Source: Podarcis tiliguerta (taxonomy: Eukaryota). From it: 64,000 bases of DNA. Positions 1 to 11,934 of this stretch are shown here, piece after piece. Numbering within the stretch: the first letter of the stretch is position 1; each line of letters starts with the position of its first letter. The notes under the pieces were generated by a model. It saw nothing but the letters and a program-made list of their open reading frames with translations, did no database searches and was not told the DNA's origin. The position numbers were made by a program, and so were the translations under genes. The DNA lies in NCBI GenBank assembly GCA_965153285.1, contig OZ229117.1, one strand, 5' to 3'.

Positions 1-1690
1 ATAATCATATATTCAATGTTTCCTCATGAACTCTGCCTGTGACGGAAAAGCACACAGCAGCAAAAATACTGTAAGCTATCCCAGCTGCGAATAAATCCAT
101 TTTTGGAGTATATAAGAGCATGACAAGAAATAAATCCTGTTTCTTGAGAGCTCTTTAAAAAAATTAAAAGAAAAAAAGACAACTGATAGATATGATACCC
201 AAATTTTATTTCCAGTTTAGAAAAATTGTCCACTATACCATTTTTGAAAGTAAGGCTTCTATTTTTATATATCCTTTCCAACACCCAAGCTTGCTAGTGT
301 AGAATATTAAAATGTGTTCCGAACATAGTGCAGCATAGTGCATTGCAGGGAGACGATATGAGGATGAACAAATGGGTGGATGGATAACGATCATTTCCAG
401 ATGCCTGTTTTGCTTGCCTCCCGTGTTATTTTTGGACTGAAACAAAAAAACAAAAAACAAAAAAACTTGGGGGGATACGTCTTCTTAAATGCAATATTTG
501 GCATCTTGCCCAGGATCTCTTAAAGCAGATGACTCCTTTAGACCTTAGGTGTCATTTTCCTCAAGATGACCTCTGCTTTCATGCCAACTGGCAAATCCAT
601 CCTATTATGAATGCATTCATTTGGAAGGGATAGGTATTCAATTTTCCCACCCCCACCCCACCTGAAGAGCATCCAAGAAGTGTTGTGGTCAGCATCCTTT
701 TATTATCTTTAGACTATAAAGAGGACATCCCTCTCCTAGCATTACAACTGACTCAATCAAATCAGAGCCCAACATCCATGCAGCATCCAAATATTCAATT
801 AAAATTACTTGATGATCGGGTATTAATAGAGAGGCAAAAACCAAGAAATGCTGCATTAGCTCAGTGTAAAATAAGGCAATACAGATTTATTAATTTAACA
901 TGGTTGATATCATCACCTCTCTCTCTCTTTTATAATTTGGCAGCATTGCTGTAAGAGTTATCATTTAATAAGTTTCCCTTTCCCCTATCATCTGGTTCTA
1001 TGTTACAAAATCATTTCCCCAAGAAAATCTTCAATTTACTATGACACAAATATTGTATTTTAGCAGATCTAACTAATATTTTATTTTCCTTATTCTAAAT
1101 AAAAATGACTCGGCAGAAGGTCCTCCATCAAATGCAAAAGCGATTCTCCTTCCTGTGTTTGTGTTATCTGTGAGCAAGGTGGCGGCAAAAACTATGAAAT
1201 GTGCTGTAAACTCCAGAAGGGCTGAAACAATCACTGCAAGAGGAAATGAAACTTGGATTTATTAGGAATCACAATTGCTAACATTTAATTTCAGCTATCT
1301 AGCGATTTAACTATTTTGGCCCACTCACTGCTTCCCTTCCCCTTCAACTAAATTAATTACACCAATGGGAATACATATTGCGGTTATATCGAAAGAGATA
1401 TTGGGGGAAATGGCTTCAGACAATAGGTCCATCACACGGGAAAGCAAGTAATGCTTTGGAGCAATTAGCTTAAATATAATGCCCCCCCCCCAAAAAAAAG
1501 GACAGACGTATTTGCAGATACATGCAAGCAACTAGGAATGCAGGCAAAGAGCAATGTTTCCTTCCCAAGGCACATTCCAGGCTGCTTTTGGGGAGGATAT
1601 GGGGGAAAAGAGCATGGCTTCAGCCTGTCCAGAGCTCCAGTCAAAGGCAGAGTCTGAACAGTAGACATTTAGAGCTTTGGGTGTCAGAAG

Positions 1691-2122
1691 GAGGGATGGG
1701 GGGTTCTTCAGTTGACATTTAAAACTGAACCTGCCTAATTTGCACATTACAAAACAATATACAAACCAAAGCACAGCCATCCTACACATGGAACATGCTT
1801 CTGAATTTTGCAGTGCAGTTCTCCAGCCAGGTAACATTTACAACTGGGGTACACCGTGCATAAAAATGCATATATCGGTAGAAGTAGCATGCAAAAATGC
1901 ATTATATTAGAGAAAACTGCTTTGCAAAAAACGGTGTATCTCGGGGGGGGGGGGAATGCATACGGGAAAAGTAGGTATTAGGAGAAAGTCACATTGAAAT
2001 GTTGGTGAATTTTCAGGAGGAATTGAAAATAAAATTGCAAACTGATGTGGAAATGCAAAGAACCGAAGGCTGAAAAAATAGAAGCTGAGAGGAACCTATA
2101 TTGTCAGATTTGTCCATCCCTA
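1691..2122 (+). mobile_element. Non-autonomous hAT-like DNA transposon (~430 bp, TAGGGATG..CATCCCTA ends), family A
   Basis: Starts gAGGGATGG, ends CCATCCCTA; internal 'ttctgaattttgcagtgcagttctccagcc' and 'tgctggtgaattttc' recur in other copies in the window. Confidence 0.65.
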
Positions 2123-2768
2123 GTCAGAAGTGACTCCTAAAAATGTAATGAAAGAGGGAAGTAGGTGGTTGCCTTTAAATATAGATATATAGATATGCAC
2201 ACAGAGAGATAATAATTGCAACCACCATCTGCAAAAAAAGAAAGTCATTTGCACAAAAAGATACTTTAGGGCAACACTATCAGAACTGACTCCTAACACA
2301 GGAAGTGCTATGTTTAAAGTTAAAAATGCACATTTTAAAAATTCAGCTAATGACTCAACCAATTAACTAGTTGGTACTGTCCGTTTTTAAAACAATAGTT
2401 GCAGAATTTGAGGAGGCAAGGAATCTCTCTCCCTAAACCAGCCTGATGCCCTTCAGGTGTTTTAGACAACAACTTCTGCCATCCCAGTCAGCAGAGACTA
2501 TGGTTGGGGATTATGGGTCACAGGTTGGAGAAGACACCTCAAAACCATCACAGCTATAGGAGCTGAATTGCCATATGCAAGGCCACTGTCTGCCTTGGAT
2601 AAACCATCAAAATCTGGATGTCACCAAAGGACTACAAGTGAACTGCAGACATAAAAAAGCAAGAGTTTGGACCGCTAGCCGACCCCATTTCACCAGTGTT
2701 ACTTGCCATCAAACCTTACCCTCCTCCAGCTAGCAAAGGCCAGATCAAAATGGTCTTTCATTACCGCA

Positions 2769-2913
2769 CATGGGTTTAGTTGTAGGGGGCAGAGGGCAAC
2801 TGCCCCCCTAGATAAGTAAAACAATAGAAATACTTAACTGACCAATCACGTCATTTCTGCCCCCCTAACAAAAGACCTGACCTCCCCTAACAAAAATCTT
2901 GGCTATGCTCATG
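2769..2913. mobile_element. hAT-type MITE
   Basis: Degenerate TIR catgggtttag..ctatgctcatg; 8-bp TSD ttaccgca/ttaccaca. Confidence 0.6.
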
Positions 2914-3354
2914 TTACCACACACTTCAGATTGGGCTTCACAAGGAAACATGACCACATCAATGGCCATAGTGGGCTGGAGCAGCAAGTCTTTTTAAAGC
3001 AGCAGTCAGTCTAGCACTGGCCAGACAGACACCACAGAGATTCTCACAAACCAGGGCCTGAAGGCAATAACCGGCAATAGCAGTGCCCAGTGGTCAGAGA
3101 CAGGTGCTGTCTTTGATCACAGAATGCTGCTCAGCAAGAGGTTTTGCTGATGGAGCAGGGAGTATGATAAGCAGATGTCCCTTATCAATCAGAACAAGGC
3201 CGCTCCCATAATTGGCAACCCAGATGCTGTTCTTCACAACCTTCTTTTCTCTAAGAGGCTAGCATTTGAAGGGCAGCAAATGACATCACTAAATGGGACA
3301 GGTTTAGGCCACAGGCCACTAGTTGCTGACCATTCTCACAGGCACTGCACATTG

Positions 3355-3550
3355 GAGGGTAGTGGTGAGAGTGTCTGACTAGATGCGGAGAAACCCGTGT
3401 TATTTTCCCACTAAGGCATCAAGTTCGCTGAGTGACCTTGGGTTCACCGCCTCACAGGGTTGTTGCGAGGAGAAAATGGGGGTGGAGGACATGTGCGCCT
3501 TCAGCTGCTTGGAAGAAAAGACGTGATATAAGCATAATAATAATAATAAA
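3355..3550 (+). mobile_element. MIR/CORE-like tRNA-derived SINE with L2-type tail
   Basis: gtagtggtgagagtgtctgactag head, gtgaccttggg..cctcacagggttgttgcgagg core, (taa)n tail; similar copies at ~29.84, 47.95 and 48.45 kb. Confidence 0.65.
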
Positions 3551-3814
3551 TTGATTACTGGCAACCATCTACCTAGCTAGTAACAGACATATTCTATATA
3601 TAGAGCCAATCTTTTTCTAAAGGCCACTTGGAATAAGCGATAAGACCTTGGAGGTGTCAGTAGCCTCCTCCTGCAGTTTACTAGCCATGCTAAAAAAACC
3701 ATTTAAGCAAGCAGAGCTTGACATACTCGCATAATAATTATCACAAACCATCATCATTATTATTACAGTACTGCAGTTAGAGTCTAGCTGTCCTCCAATA
3801 ATCTCAGGATAGCC

Positions 3815-4312
3815 TGCATAGTTCCTCTTTTTTGTCCTCACAACAAACCAAACCAAATTCGGCTAAACCAAGAGAGTGAGTGGCCCACTACTCAATGAGA
3901 ACAAGCAAACTTTGTGGATGAGCAGGGATTTGTATCCAGATCTGCCCAGTCCTAGTCTGGTGCTCTAGCCCAGTGGTGAGGAACTTTAGGTGAAAGGGCT
4001 GGATGTGGCCTCCTGGTCTCTTCACCTGACCCTTAGAACGCACCCCAATTTGCTCCAGGCCCTCTTCAATTGCTTTTGCCTGGCAAAAACATGTCCTAAA
4101 ATTGTGAAGTTGCCTCCTGGATGAAGAGAGGCCTGCGCAGAAACCTCTGGCTTTTGCCTGCCTGGAATGTGGCCTACAGTACAAAGGCAAGCGCTGCATC
4201 CATTGCTCAGCCCACTTTTGCTTCTGGCCCTGCCCACCCCAGGAACATGAGACAATATGGCCCTTAGACTGAAAAAGGTCCCGTGTCCCTGCTCTAACCA
4301 CTACACCACCCC
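3815..4312 (-). mobile_element. MIR-like SINE split by a hAT insertion
   Basis: gtcctcacaac..gggatttgtatccagatctgcccagtcctagtctggtgctctagcc resumes as ctctaaccactacacc after the inserted element. Confidence 0.55.
3971..4291. mobile_element. hAT (Charlie-like) non-autonomous element
   Basis: CAGTGGTGAGGAAC..GGTCCCGTGTCCCTG ends; 8-bp TSD ctctagcc/ctctaacc; related degraded copies near 39500-39815 and 49900-50135. Confidence 0.65.
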
Positions 4313-5385
4313 AACTCAAAGGAGCTCCGGGCAATAGATCTCATTCTTCACACCTCCCATCTTAGTCTTATAACTCCTTGCCACCAAATGTCACCGGGTT
4401 GGGAAAAGGATAGACACCTCAAGTACCTCTCCTAGTTATCAGAAGTCCCTCCTTTCTACCTCACATAATGTTAAAGAAAAACGAAGGGAAAGAAGGACCA
4501 AAAGAATACCAGATACGTGGAAAGGTGAGCAAGCCAGGCTATAGCAACATACCTTTGAAGTGCAGGGGCTTAGACTAGATGATCCTTCGGTCCCTTCCAA
4601 CGCTACTATTCAAACAGGTGTGTTTGCTGGGCTTTAGCCCATTTAAAGAACATGGAATCCTGGGGAACTGTAGTTTGTTAAGAGCACTGTGAACTGTAGT
4701 TTTCGAAGGTGTAACCTACAGCTTCTTTGGGGGAAGCCAGGTTGCTTTCCATGTATAATGTGTAGGCAGCGGGATTTTTTAAAGGGAGGTACATCTGTGT
4801 TTACTGTAGGTTGATTGGGTTCTTCTTTTAAGCTCTCGGAGTCTCCTTTTGCTAGAGGAGTGCAATGATCAACCACAACCCTCTTGGAAAAACATATTGG
4901 CTCCAAAAAAAAAAAAAAAAAAAAATCTATTCCCAAAAGATCTAAATCTTTCCCAGCGGGAGTTCATTTTCTGCCGCAGAAAATTTTCCAGCCGTGAAAA
5001 ATCACCCTGAATGTGATACTAGGCACCAAAAACTGGATCCCGGGGCTGAGGGCGGGCTGGTGGGGCGGAGGTTCCGGTTCGCTCTCTCATCCTTGCTTTG
5101 CTGCCGGACAATACAAAGCGTGCCGATTCAGAAGCGGTCAACCCCCACGAGGTCCCGAAGCCTGAAGCATTCCCAAACCGGCTTGTTATCCGCAACGCTT
5201 CCTCGGTCGAGGTTTCAAGTGGGGCTCAGTTTCCCGCTGTCAGTTGCCAGCCAAAGAACCAGCAAGTTGTTTTTTTGGGGGGAGGGGGTGTCTTACGAGA
5301 CTCAGAGCGCAAAATGATAGTCTACAAAATACTGAGCCAGCACCGTATCGTTTGTAGTGGAAGCGAGGATCGGATGCCCCTGTAA

Positions 5386-5475
5386 CATAGCTGTCAACGT
5401 TTCCCCTTTTTAAAGGGAAATTCCCTTATTCCGAATAGGATTCCTCGCAAGAAAAGGGAAAAGTTGATAGCTATC
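5386..5475. mobile_element. 90-bp hAT-type MITE
   Basis: TIR CATAGCTGTCAAC..GTTGATAGCTATc; perfect 8-bp TSD CCCTGTAA (5378-5385, 5476-5483). Confidence 0.8.
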
Positions 5476-8346
5476 CCCTGTAACGTCGGAGTCCTCGCCA
5501 TGCTGAGATATAGGGAGCCAGACCCGTCAAACTTAGTGGGAACAGGGTTTACTTCCGACGAAGCAACTATAAGATCGGGCGGGGAGGGGGGATACTTCTG
5601 CGCCTAATTTTCCACCTGTGTGTCTTTTGGTGTCAATTTTGCCCACAGATGCTTTGAAGTTCCACAGAATCCCGATGCCACACAAGGGCTTAGGATCGCC
5701 TGCCTGCTTTGCGGGCAGGAGGGGTCCAGCTCTCCAAGCGACTATCGCCATTTCCACCAGGGAGGAAGCGAATTATGAAAGGGCAGTTGCAACAGTGTGA
5801 GTTTAGGGCAGCGGTCCAATCCACACTTACCTGCGAGTAAGTTCCATTTAACTCTTTACTTCAGAGTAAATATGAATAGGATCGCATGACTGAGCAATCC
5901 GTGTCGGCGTTAATGCCGCGCGTTCGCCTGGGTCCGCAGCGCACGGGACTGAGACTGAGCCGCAGGCAGCGCCTCTCCCTCAATCTGCAGATCCTAAGCA
6001 GTGAATGCCAGTTAAGCACAAATAGGATCGGGCTGCGATGGCTTGCAGGTTTTTACCTGAAGAAAGGATGTGAGGAAAAGATATGGTCCTCAGCAGGTTC
6101 ACTTTATGTCGGAGGGTCGGGGGACTTCATCCCTCTTCCTCAAAGATCCCCAGGCCAGCTGCGTGGCATGAAATGAGCGATTCTGACCACAGGAAAATAC
6201 TGCAGGATCGAAGTTTTTCGTCGCCGGTCAGTTGAGTGCTGTCTTTGAGCATTAAGGCCGTGCGGAGCAATGGCGCTCCAGCCAGTAAGGTGCGCCTGCA
6301 CACCCAACTCTTTATCCTGTCTCGATTGTTAATATTTCTTGAAGTCAAGACACATCCTTTAAAAAACTTTAAAACGGGAGAAAACTTAAAAAAACCCCTT
6401 ACATATTCTAGTGCCTACTACCGGGACCTCCTTCTTTTACATCAAATCTAACGACGAAGCTTTATTTAGGGGGATTTAATCGGAAACAATCTACTGAAGA
6501 CGAGATCCGTAAAGGAATTTAAGTGGGAGTCCACAAGATCCCTGGCGACCGGGCACGTGTCGATGCCTTTCTGTGTCTGCGCCAGAGATTTATTGGGGCG
6601 CGCGCACGTGTCTGAACCACTTTGTTGGCGATGGTGGCTGCAATTCTGGAATCACTTAGTAGGGTCACTCTTGCTGCAGAGAAAATTCCGTGGCTCTCAA
6701 TCGCCCTTACGCTTTCGTGAACGCGCGGCAGTAAATCGGGGTACCTATGGATGGGTACGTGGCTGATGGTGTCTGCGTTTTCGGAGTGAGGGTTAAGTGT
6801 TAACAGATGGACAGGATTCAGTTCAGGATATAGGGCTTAAGAAACATATATATAACTATATATATGATAATTCTTTTTTTGGAAACTGCCTGAATGAATC
6901 CCAGCAGCCAAAGCTGAACTCCTATGCATATTTCCTTGAAAGGAAAGTACCACTGAACCCCTCTGCGAGACTGACACCCCGATCCTATGCATTCTTGCTC
7001 GGAAGTCATTCTCACTGTGTTCAGTGGGGTTTACTCCCAGGAAAGTGCGCACAGGATCCTACGCATGCTTACCCTGGGAGCCTAGGCACACTTACCTGGG
7101 AGTAAGTCCCACTAGCATCAGTGAGGCTTTCTTCTGATCGCGCTGTTACTTGCATAATACCGAAAAAGAACAAAAGAAAGATATGGGCAAACAGATGTAG
7201 CCAATCCGCAGTGAAGTAAACATGACAAGGAAATTGTATTTTAAATACTACAAACTCCGGGGAAGACGAGGAACCGCCAGGGTGTGTGCGTACGTATTCC
7301 CAGTTTAGTGTGGATGCTACGAGGCCCGATCCTGCGCACGTTTACTCAGAACTAAGTCCCTCTGAGTTCAGTTTAACTTACTCCCACGTAGGGCGCTCAG
7401 AGGATCGCGGCTTTCAAGGGATGCTTTGCGGCTGTAGCTCCTGAAAGCGGAGCTACAAAAGTTCTGGCTGTGCACATAGACTAGGGAAGAAAGTCCCATT
7501 GGGTTTACGGGGACTTACTCCCGAGGAACCGTGCCGAAGGAACGGGCTGCAAAGGGTCCTAAGTCAGCGCGATCCTCTACTTGGAAACAAGCCCGATTGA
7601 CTTCGGCAAGACTTACACCGGTCCTAGGTAAACGTTTCCCAGCCTAAGTTCAGCTCTTCGCCGATCCAAACATGCAAGTCCAAAGGAATTTATTGGAGGC
7701 TGGTCAGTTTTCTCGACCGTCTCGCCACCAGCCTCCTCTATCCCCTGGCCAAAGTTCCCTCCTGCCCAGAGTGTGGGAAAGAGCCCAAGGAGCAGATTTG
7801 GGGCCAGGTGATCGCACAGTGCAAAAACCTCGGGCTTCTTCTTCACGCCCCTCTGTCCAACCGCTGATCGTTAAGAATAGAAAATCGGCCTTTGTTGCGT
7901 CTGAATCAACAAACCGCTGCAAATCCGGAACGCCCCTCCCCCTCCGTCCAGGGGATCGAGCACTCCTAAGACAAAAATGCTTGGGAAAGGGTGTGTGTTG
8001 TCTTAATATTTCTTTGTAGCAAGGTGTATTTGAAACGCACTAGATATCACTAGATATCAAACCTTGTCTACAGGGAAAAAAGAGGGAGGCTTGAGATCAA
8101 GGCTGGGCGATCCCATCCTCGCTTACCTGGGAGTATGGAACTGGGTGCTGTGTAAACATGCCTAGAACTGGATTGTCAGAGAGAGAGACTGGAACAAAAG
8201 TGTGCCAGTTCAAAGGGCCGCAGAAAGCGGGTGATCATTATAGGGCGGGATGTGTGAAGAGGCGGGAACGCTGCGCCAAAACCGCGGCGTGGTTCTTCTC
8301 GTGGAAGTTAATGAAGCGGTTTTGATTCGGAGTGTGTCGCTGCGCC

Positions 8347-8377
<31 letters not shown>

Positions 8378-8407
8378 GGAGGGAGGGAGGGAGAGAGAGA
8401 GAGAGAC
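8347..8407. repeat. Compound (GT)n(GA)n microsatellite
   Basis: Direct reading. Confidence 0.9.
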
Positions 8408-9261
8408 TAAACCGGTGGATCCGGTTTCATTCGAGCAATACAGTGCGCGTGTAAACATCTTCGGGTCCCAGACGGGATTTCCCTAGACGGCAGTCGTGTG
8501 TGTGAAAGGGGTGACGGTGGTCCCGTTGTTATTCCTCTTTTAGCAGATGGGTGTGAACAGCAAAGGTCCAGGGCTTCAGGCCAGCAGCTCAGGTTAGAAT
8601 TAAACTAGACTTTTTGTGATAGTGGCTGCAAAAACGCCAAATCAGGCAGCTAAATGCCACTGAACTCACTGGAAGAAAACCAGCCCCTACTTGGTTAACT
8701 AAATCGGTGCGGGGCTCGGGGACAGCTTAATTCTAAACAGGTTCACTTCCTGAAAGTAAACCTCATAGAGATTCCTGAAACTTACTTCGAAGTAAGCCTG
8801 CAGCATTCAGCTCCTACCTCTAAATTCCTGAACCACCGGCGTCCCCCCTATTGCTAACGTTGATGTTGTGTTTTTACAGAGGAGATCCCTTCAGGAAACT
8901 CCCCTAACCTCGTCATCCTAAATACATTATAGGGAAGTTAAGTCCAGCTAGAACCGAGAGTGTCAGTGTTCAGATGCCGCTAGCCGAGCTGGCCAGGCAG
9001 AATTGGAGCGGCCAAAACGGCATCACTCAGACTGCTGCTGCAAACAGCCGCCATGCATTTGTGTATTTGTGTGTGTGTGTGTGTTGTGTAGAGAAAACCT
9101 GCATTGTTGCAAACGTCTTTTAAAAAACAAAACAAACCGTATATAAATAGTGGGAAAAGCAGGAGACTTAAAAAGCCTATCGCCCGGTTTTGGAGGAAGT
9201 GTGTTTGCGTGTGAGCCGATCGATGCAGCAAAATATTCGTAAGGCCCCTTTACGACTCACC

Positions 9262-9360
9262 AATTTTATTCTGGCATCGGATTTCGTGGACTGCAGTCCA
9301 TGAAAGTTTGCGCCATCATAAAATGAGTTAGCCTTTTTAAAGAGGCCACAAGACTTCTTC
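9262..9360. mobile_element. Penelope-like terminal remnant
   Basis: Palindromic tttcgtggactgcagtccatgaaag followed by ataaaatgagttagcc..aaagaggccacaagact, resembling squamate Penelope ends. Confidence 0.45.
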
Positions 9361-9732
9361 AGAAAGTGCCTGCTACCTTCCTCCCTAGGAAATACGCCTT
9401 TCTGGCTACCCTTTGAACAGGCGTCAGAGTTTCACTGCGCTTGTCTGATGGCCCCGGTGATAAATGGAGGCTTCCCTTCCCAAGCACAGCAGATGCTGCC
9501 GTCCCCGCCGTGTGGTCCCGGATAACGCGGTAGCAGATAACACCGATGTAGGCACATCGCTCGCTCGCTCGAACGAACCAGGAAGGCAGGTCCGATGCGC
9601 TCGATCTGGTATTCAGATAGAATAGAAGAGCGGAAATGGGTAGCAAGAAAGGAATTCGGAAGGAGCGCAGAGCAAGGCATGCATTCTGCGCTGCTGAACC
9701 GGGTGGGGTGGCGGCAGGGCAATGGGAGAGAA

Positions 9733-9900
9733 GAGAAGCTGCCTTCTGCCGAACCTGACCATTGATCCATCTGGCCCAGTACTGTCGACACTGACTGGCA
9801 GCGGCTCTGCGGAATTTCAGGCAGGGGACATGGCCAGCCCCACCTAGAGATGCCCGGGGTTGACTCTCAGACCTTCTGCATGCAAAGCAGGTGATCTACT
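9733..9900 (-). mobile_element. tRNA-derived SINE with CR1-like tail (Squam3-like)
   Basis: gaagctgcctt..gaccattg..acactgactggcag..accttctgcatgcaaagcag; same family at 26.4, 38.05, 56.36, 59.3, 60.73 and 61.48 kb. Confidence 0.65.
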
Positions 9901-11892
9901 AAATGAGATCTGTAGTTTATAAAGGGGGTGGGGAGTAGGAAAGTGGAGTGGGAAAGCAAAAGGGAGATACTTTTTATTTTTGAATCAAGTATCTTGCTAT
10001 TTTATGAACATAGTAACAAGGAGGATGGGGGGTTTTTTTGGTTGAGAAAGACCGAGGAAGGAAAAGAAAGTGAGACAATTCTTTTTCTTGCACAGCTGCT
10101 GTTTGGGGGCGGGAGTTGTTTTTAGAAAGCAGAGTGGATGGGAACTGATATCTGAGGACTCTGCCCTCAAGTGTGAACCATTTAAAAAGGTAGAGAGCCT
10201 ATTTTCATTTACACCAGAGTAAGCCCCATTGAAAATAACAGGGTTTACTTTGAGTAAATGTGCATGACTTTCCACCCTTGGCCAATTGCACTCCATTTGG
10301 GAGGAGCAAAAAGTGTTCTACAGTGAACGGCCCTGATGTCAAGCACGTGTTTACTTGGGAATAAGTCATAAACTTGTTCAAGGAGCATAGAAATGCAACC
10401 TGTCTTTTACTGCAGTATATACAGCAAGCAAATGCTGCTTGTCTACCCTGTAAATGGGCTTGCAAATCACTGAGATGCAGGTGGGAGAATCGGCAACAAG
10501 GCTTGGAACAGAAAGGAGGCATTACACAATGGGGAGAGGAAGGCTGCAATCCTGCCCACACTTCCATGGGACTGAAGTCATAGAGAATTGCTTCGGAGTA
10601 AACATGCACAGGATCAGGTTGCATGTGACACCGATTTCTTTTCACCCAGGATTTGAAGGCCAGGGCATCAGAGACCTGGAGGGCCGAGTGAGGAGGGGGA
10701 CCTCAGCTTCAGCAGCAGCAGCAGAATCAATGCACCCAATGCTAACCAAACTCAATGGCAGGTGGCAGATGGATGGTCAGGCTGATGGCCCATCCCCAGC
10801 ACCACTGACATCTATTGAGCTGAACTTACTCTTAGAGCAGGGCGATTCTAGCAAAGCATTGCGGAGGGACGTGGCGTTGGGTGGGTTTCTTATTTTATTT
10901 TTTAAAACCTCGTCCTCCCTGAAATGAAACTTGAGCAGCCTCTCCTCCCACAGCCCACATGCCTGGCCTTCAAGGTTTAGTGTTACACATCTTGATCCAT
11001 TTCCTTACTTACACATCATTTGCAAAAAATAATTCTGATAAAGTAAAAATGTGAAAAGTCACCCTCCCTTCCAATTGAAATGATGAAAAGGAGAAGGCTC
11101 AGCTGTTCACAAAAGGGCCACTGATCGAGGACTGCAGAATACAGAGCTGTTTTCTCCCCCCACAATGTCCTACAAGGGGGGGTAGCTTCCTCCTCCTTGT
11201 AAACTTTGTCCTGTACTTTAGCTTGTTCTCCAAGGCCCAGGGACAAACCACACATCCAATTTACCCCATTCTTCATTTTGTCCTCTCTCTCCTTAGAAAT
11301 CATAACAGGAACTGAAAGCAACTTTGGGATGCATCAGCTGCTGCAGCTTTTGCAAGAAGAAATGGGGATTATTTTTTGCTCCCTGCCCCCTATATCATGC
11401 TAATTGAACTGCGCCTCTTTTCTTGGGTGAGGGGAGAGTGTTTGCAAATGTAAGATCTGCTTCTGCAGGGGAGTCCTAACAGTTTGCAAGCGGCAAGGTG
11501 AATTCTTCCCTGCATTGGGCCTGCCTGAGCTAAGGAAAAGACCTCAGCAAGGTGAGAGCCACTGAGAGTGTGTGGAACTTTTGGCAAGGAGTTCAAACAT
11601 TTGAAGAAGCGAAGGGGGAGGGAAGAGGAGGAGTGGTGGTGGTGAGAGAAAGCCCTACTATCTTTATAAGAGCAAATAATTTTCTGATTGGCCAATTGCA
11701 GGCAGTTTACCCTCCGCTTACACATTAACTTGCCTAGAGAGCGCTGCAGTGATGCAGCCTATAGAACTTGCCTGGGCTATCAGAAGGTCAAGTGCTAAAG
11801 GACATGTGTGTGGCTTTCTGGAGGAGGAGGTTGGGCAACTGGGTGGTTGTCAAAGAAAAGTAGATGGAGATGGGGGGAGGGGGAGAGAGAGA

Positions 11893-11899
11893 AGCAGCA

Positions 11900-11934
<35 letters not shown>
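11893..11934. repeat. (CAG)n microsatellite
   Basis: Direct reading. Confidence 0.9.

Larger units (their letters stand above)
4950..9800. promoter_or_regulatory. CpG-rich domain 3' of MAF (orphan CpG island-like)
   Basis: Visibly high CpG density compared with the CpG-poor flanks; no coding ORF. Confidence 0.55.
5805..10622. repeat. Cluster of about 11 dispersed ~80-90-bp palindromic MITE-like repeats
   Basis: Approximate consensus gcRatcc..ttac(c/t)(tgg/cag)gagtaagtccca..ggacttact..gtaa..aggatYgc; copies at ~5805, 6913, 6978, 7054, 7323, 7462, 7565, 8105, 8723, 10195, 10329 (partial), 10541. Confidence 0.6.

Noticed and set aside
4950-9800. Second protein-coding gene in the CpG-rich domain
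   Set aside because: Only short ORFs without recognisable homology, interspersed with MITEs
5805-10622. Palindromic repeats as a CRISPR-like array or miRNA cluster
   Set aside because: Irregular spacing, high mutual divergence and dispersed relatives fit degraded MITEs; there is no expression evidence
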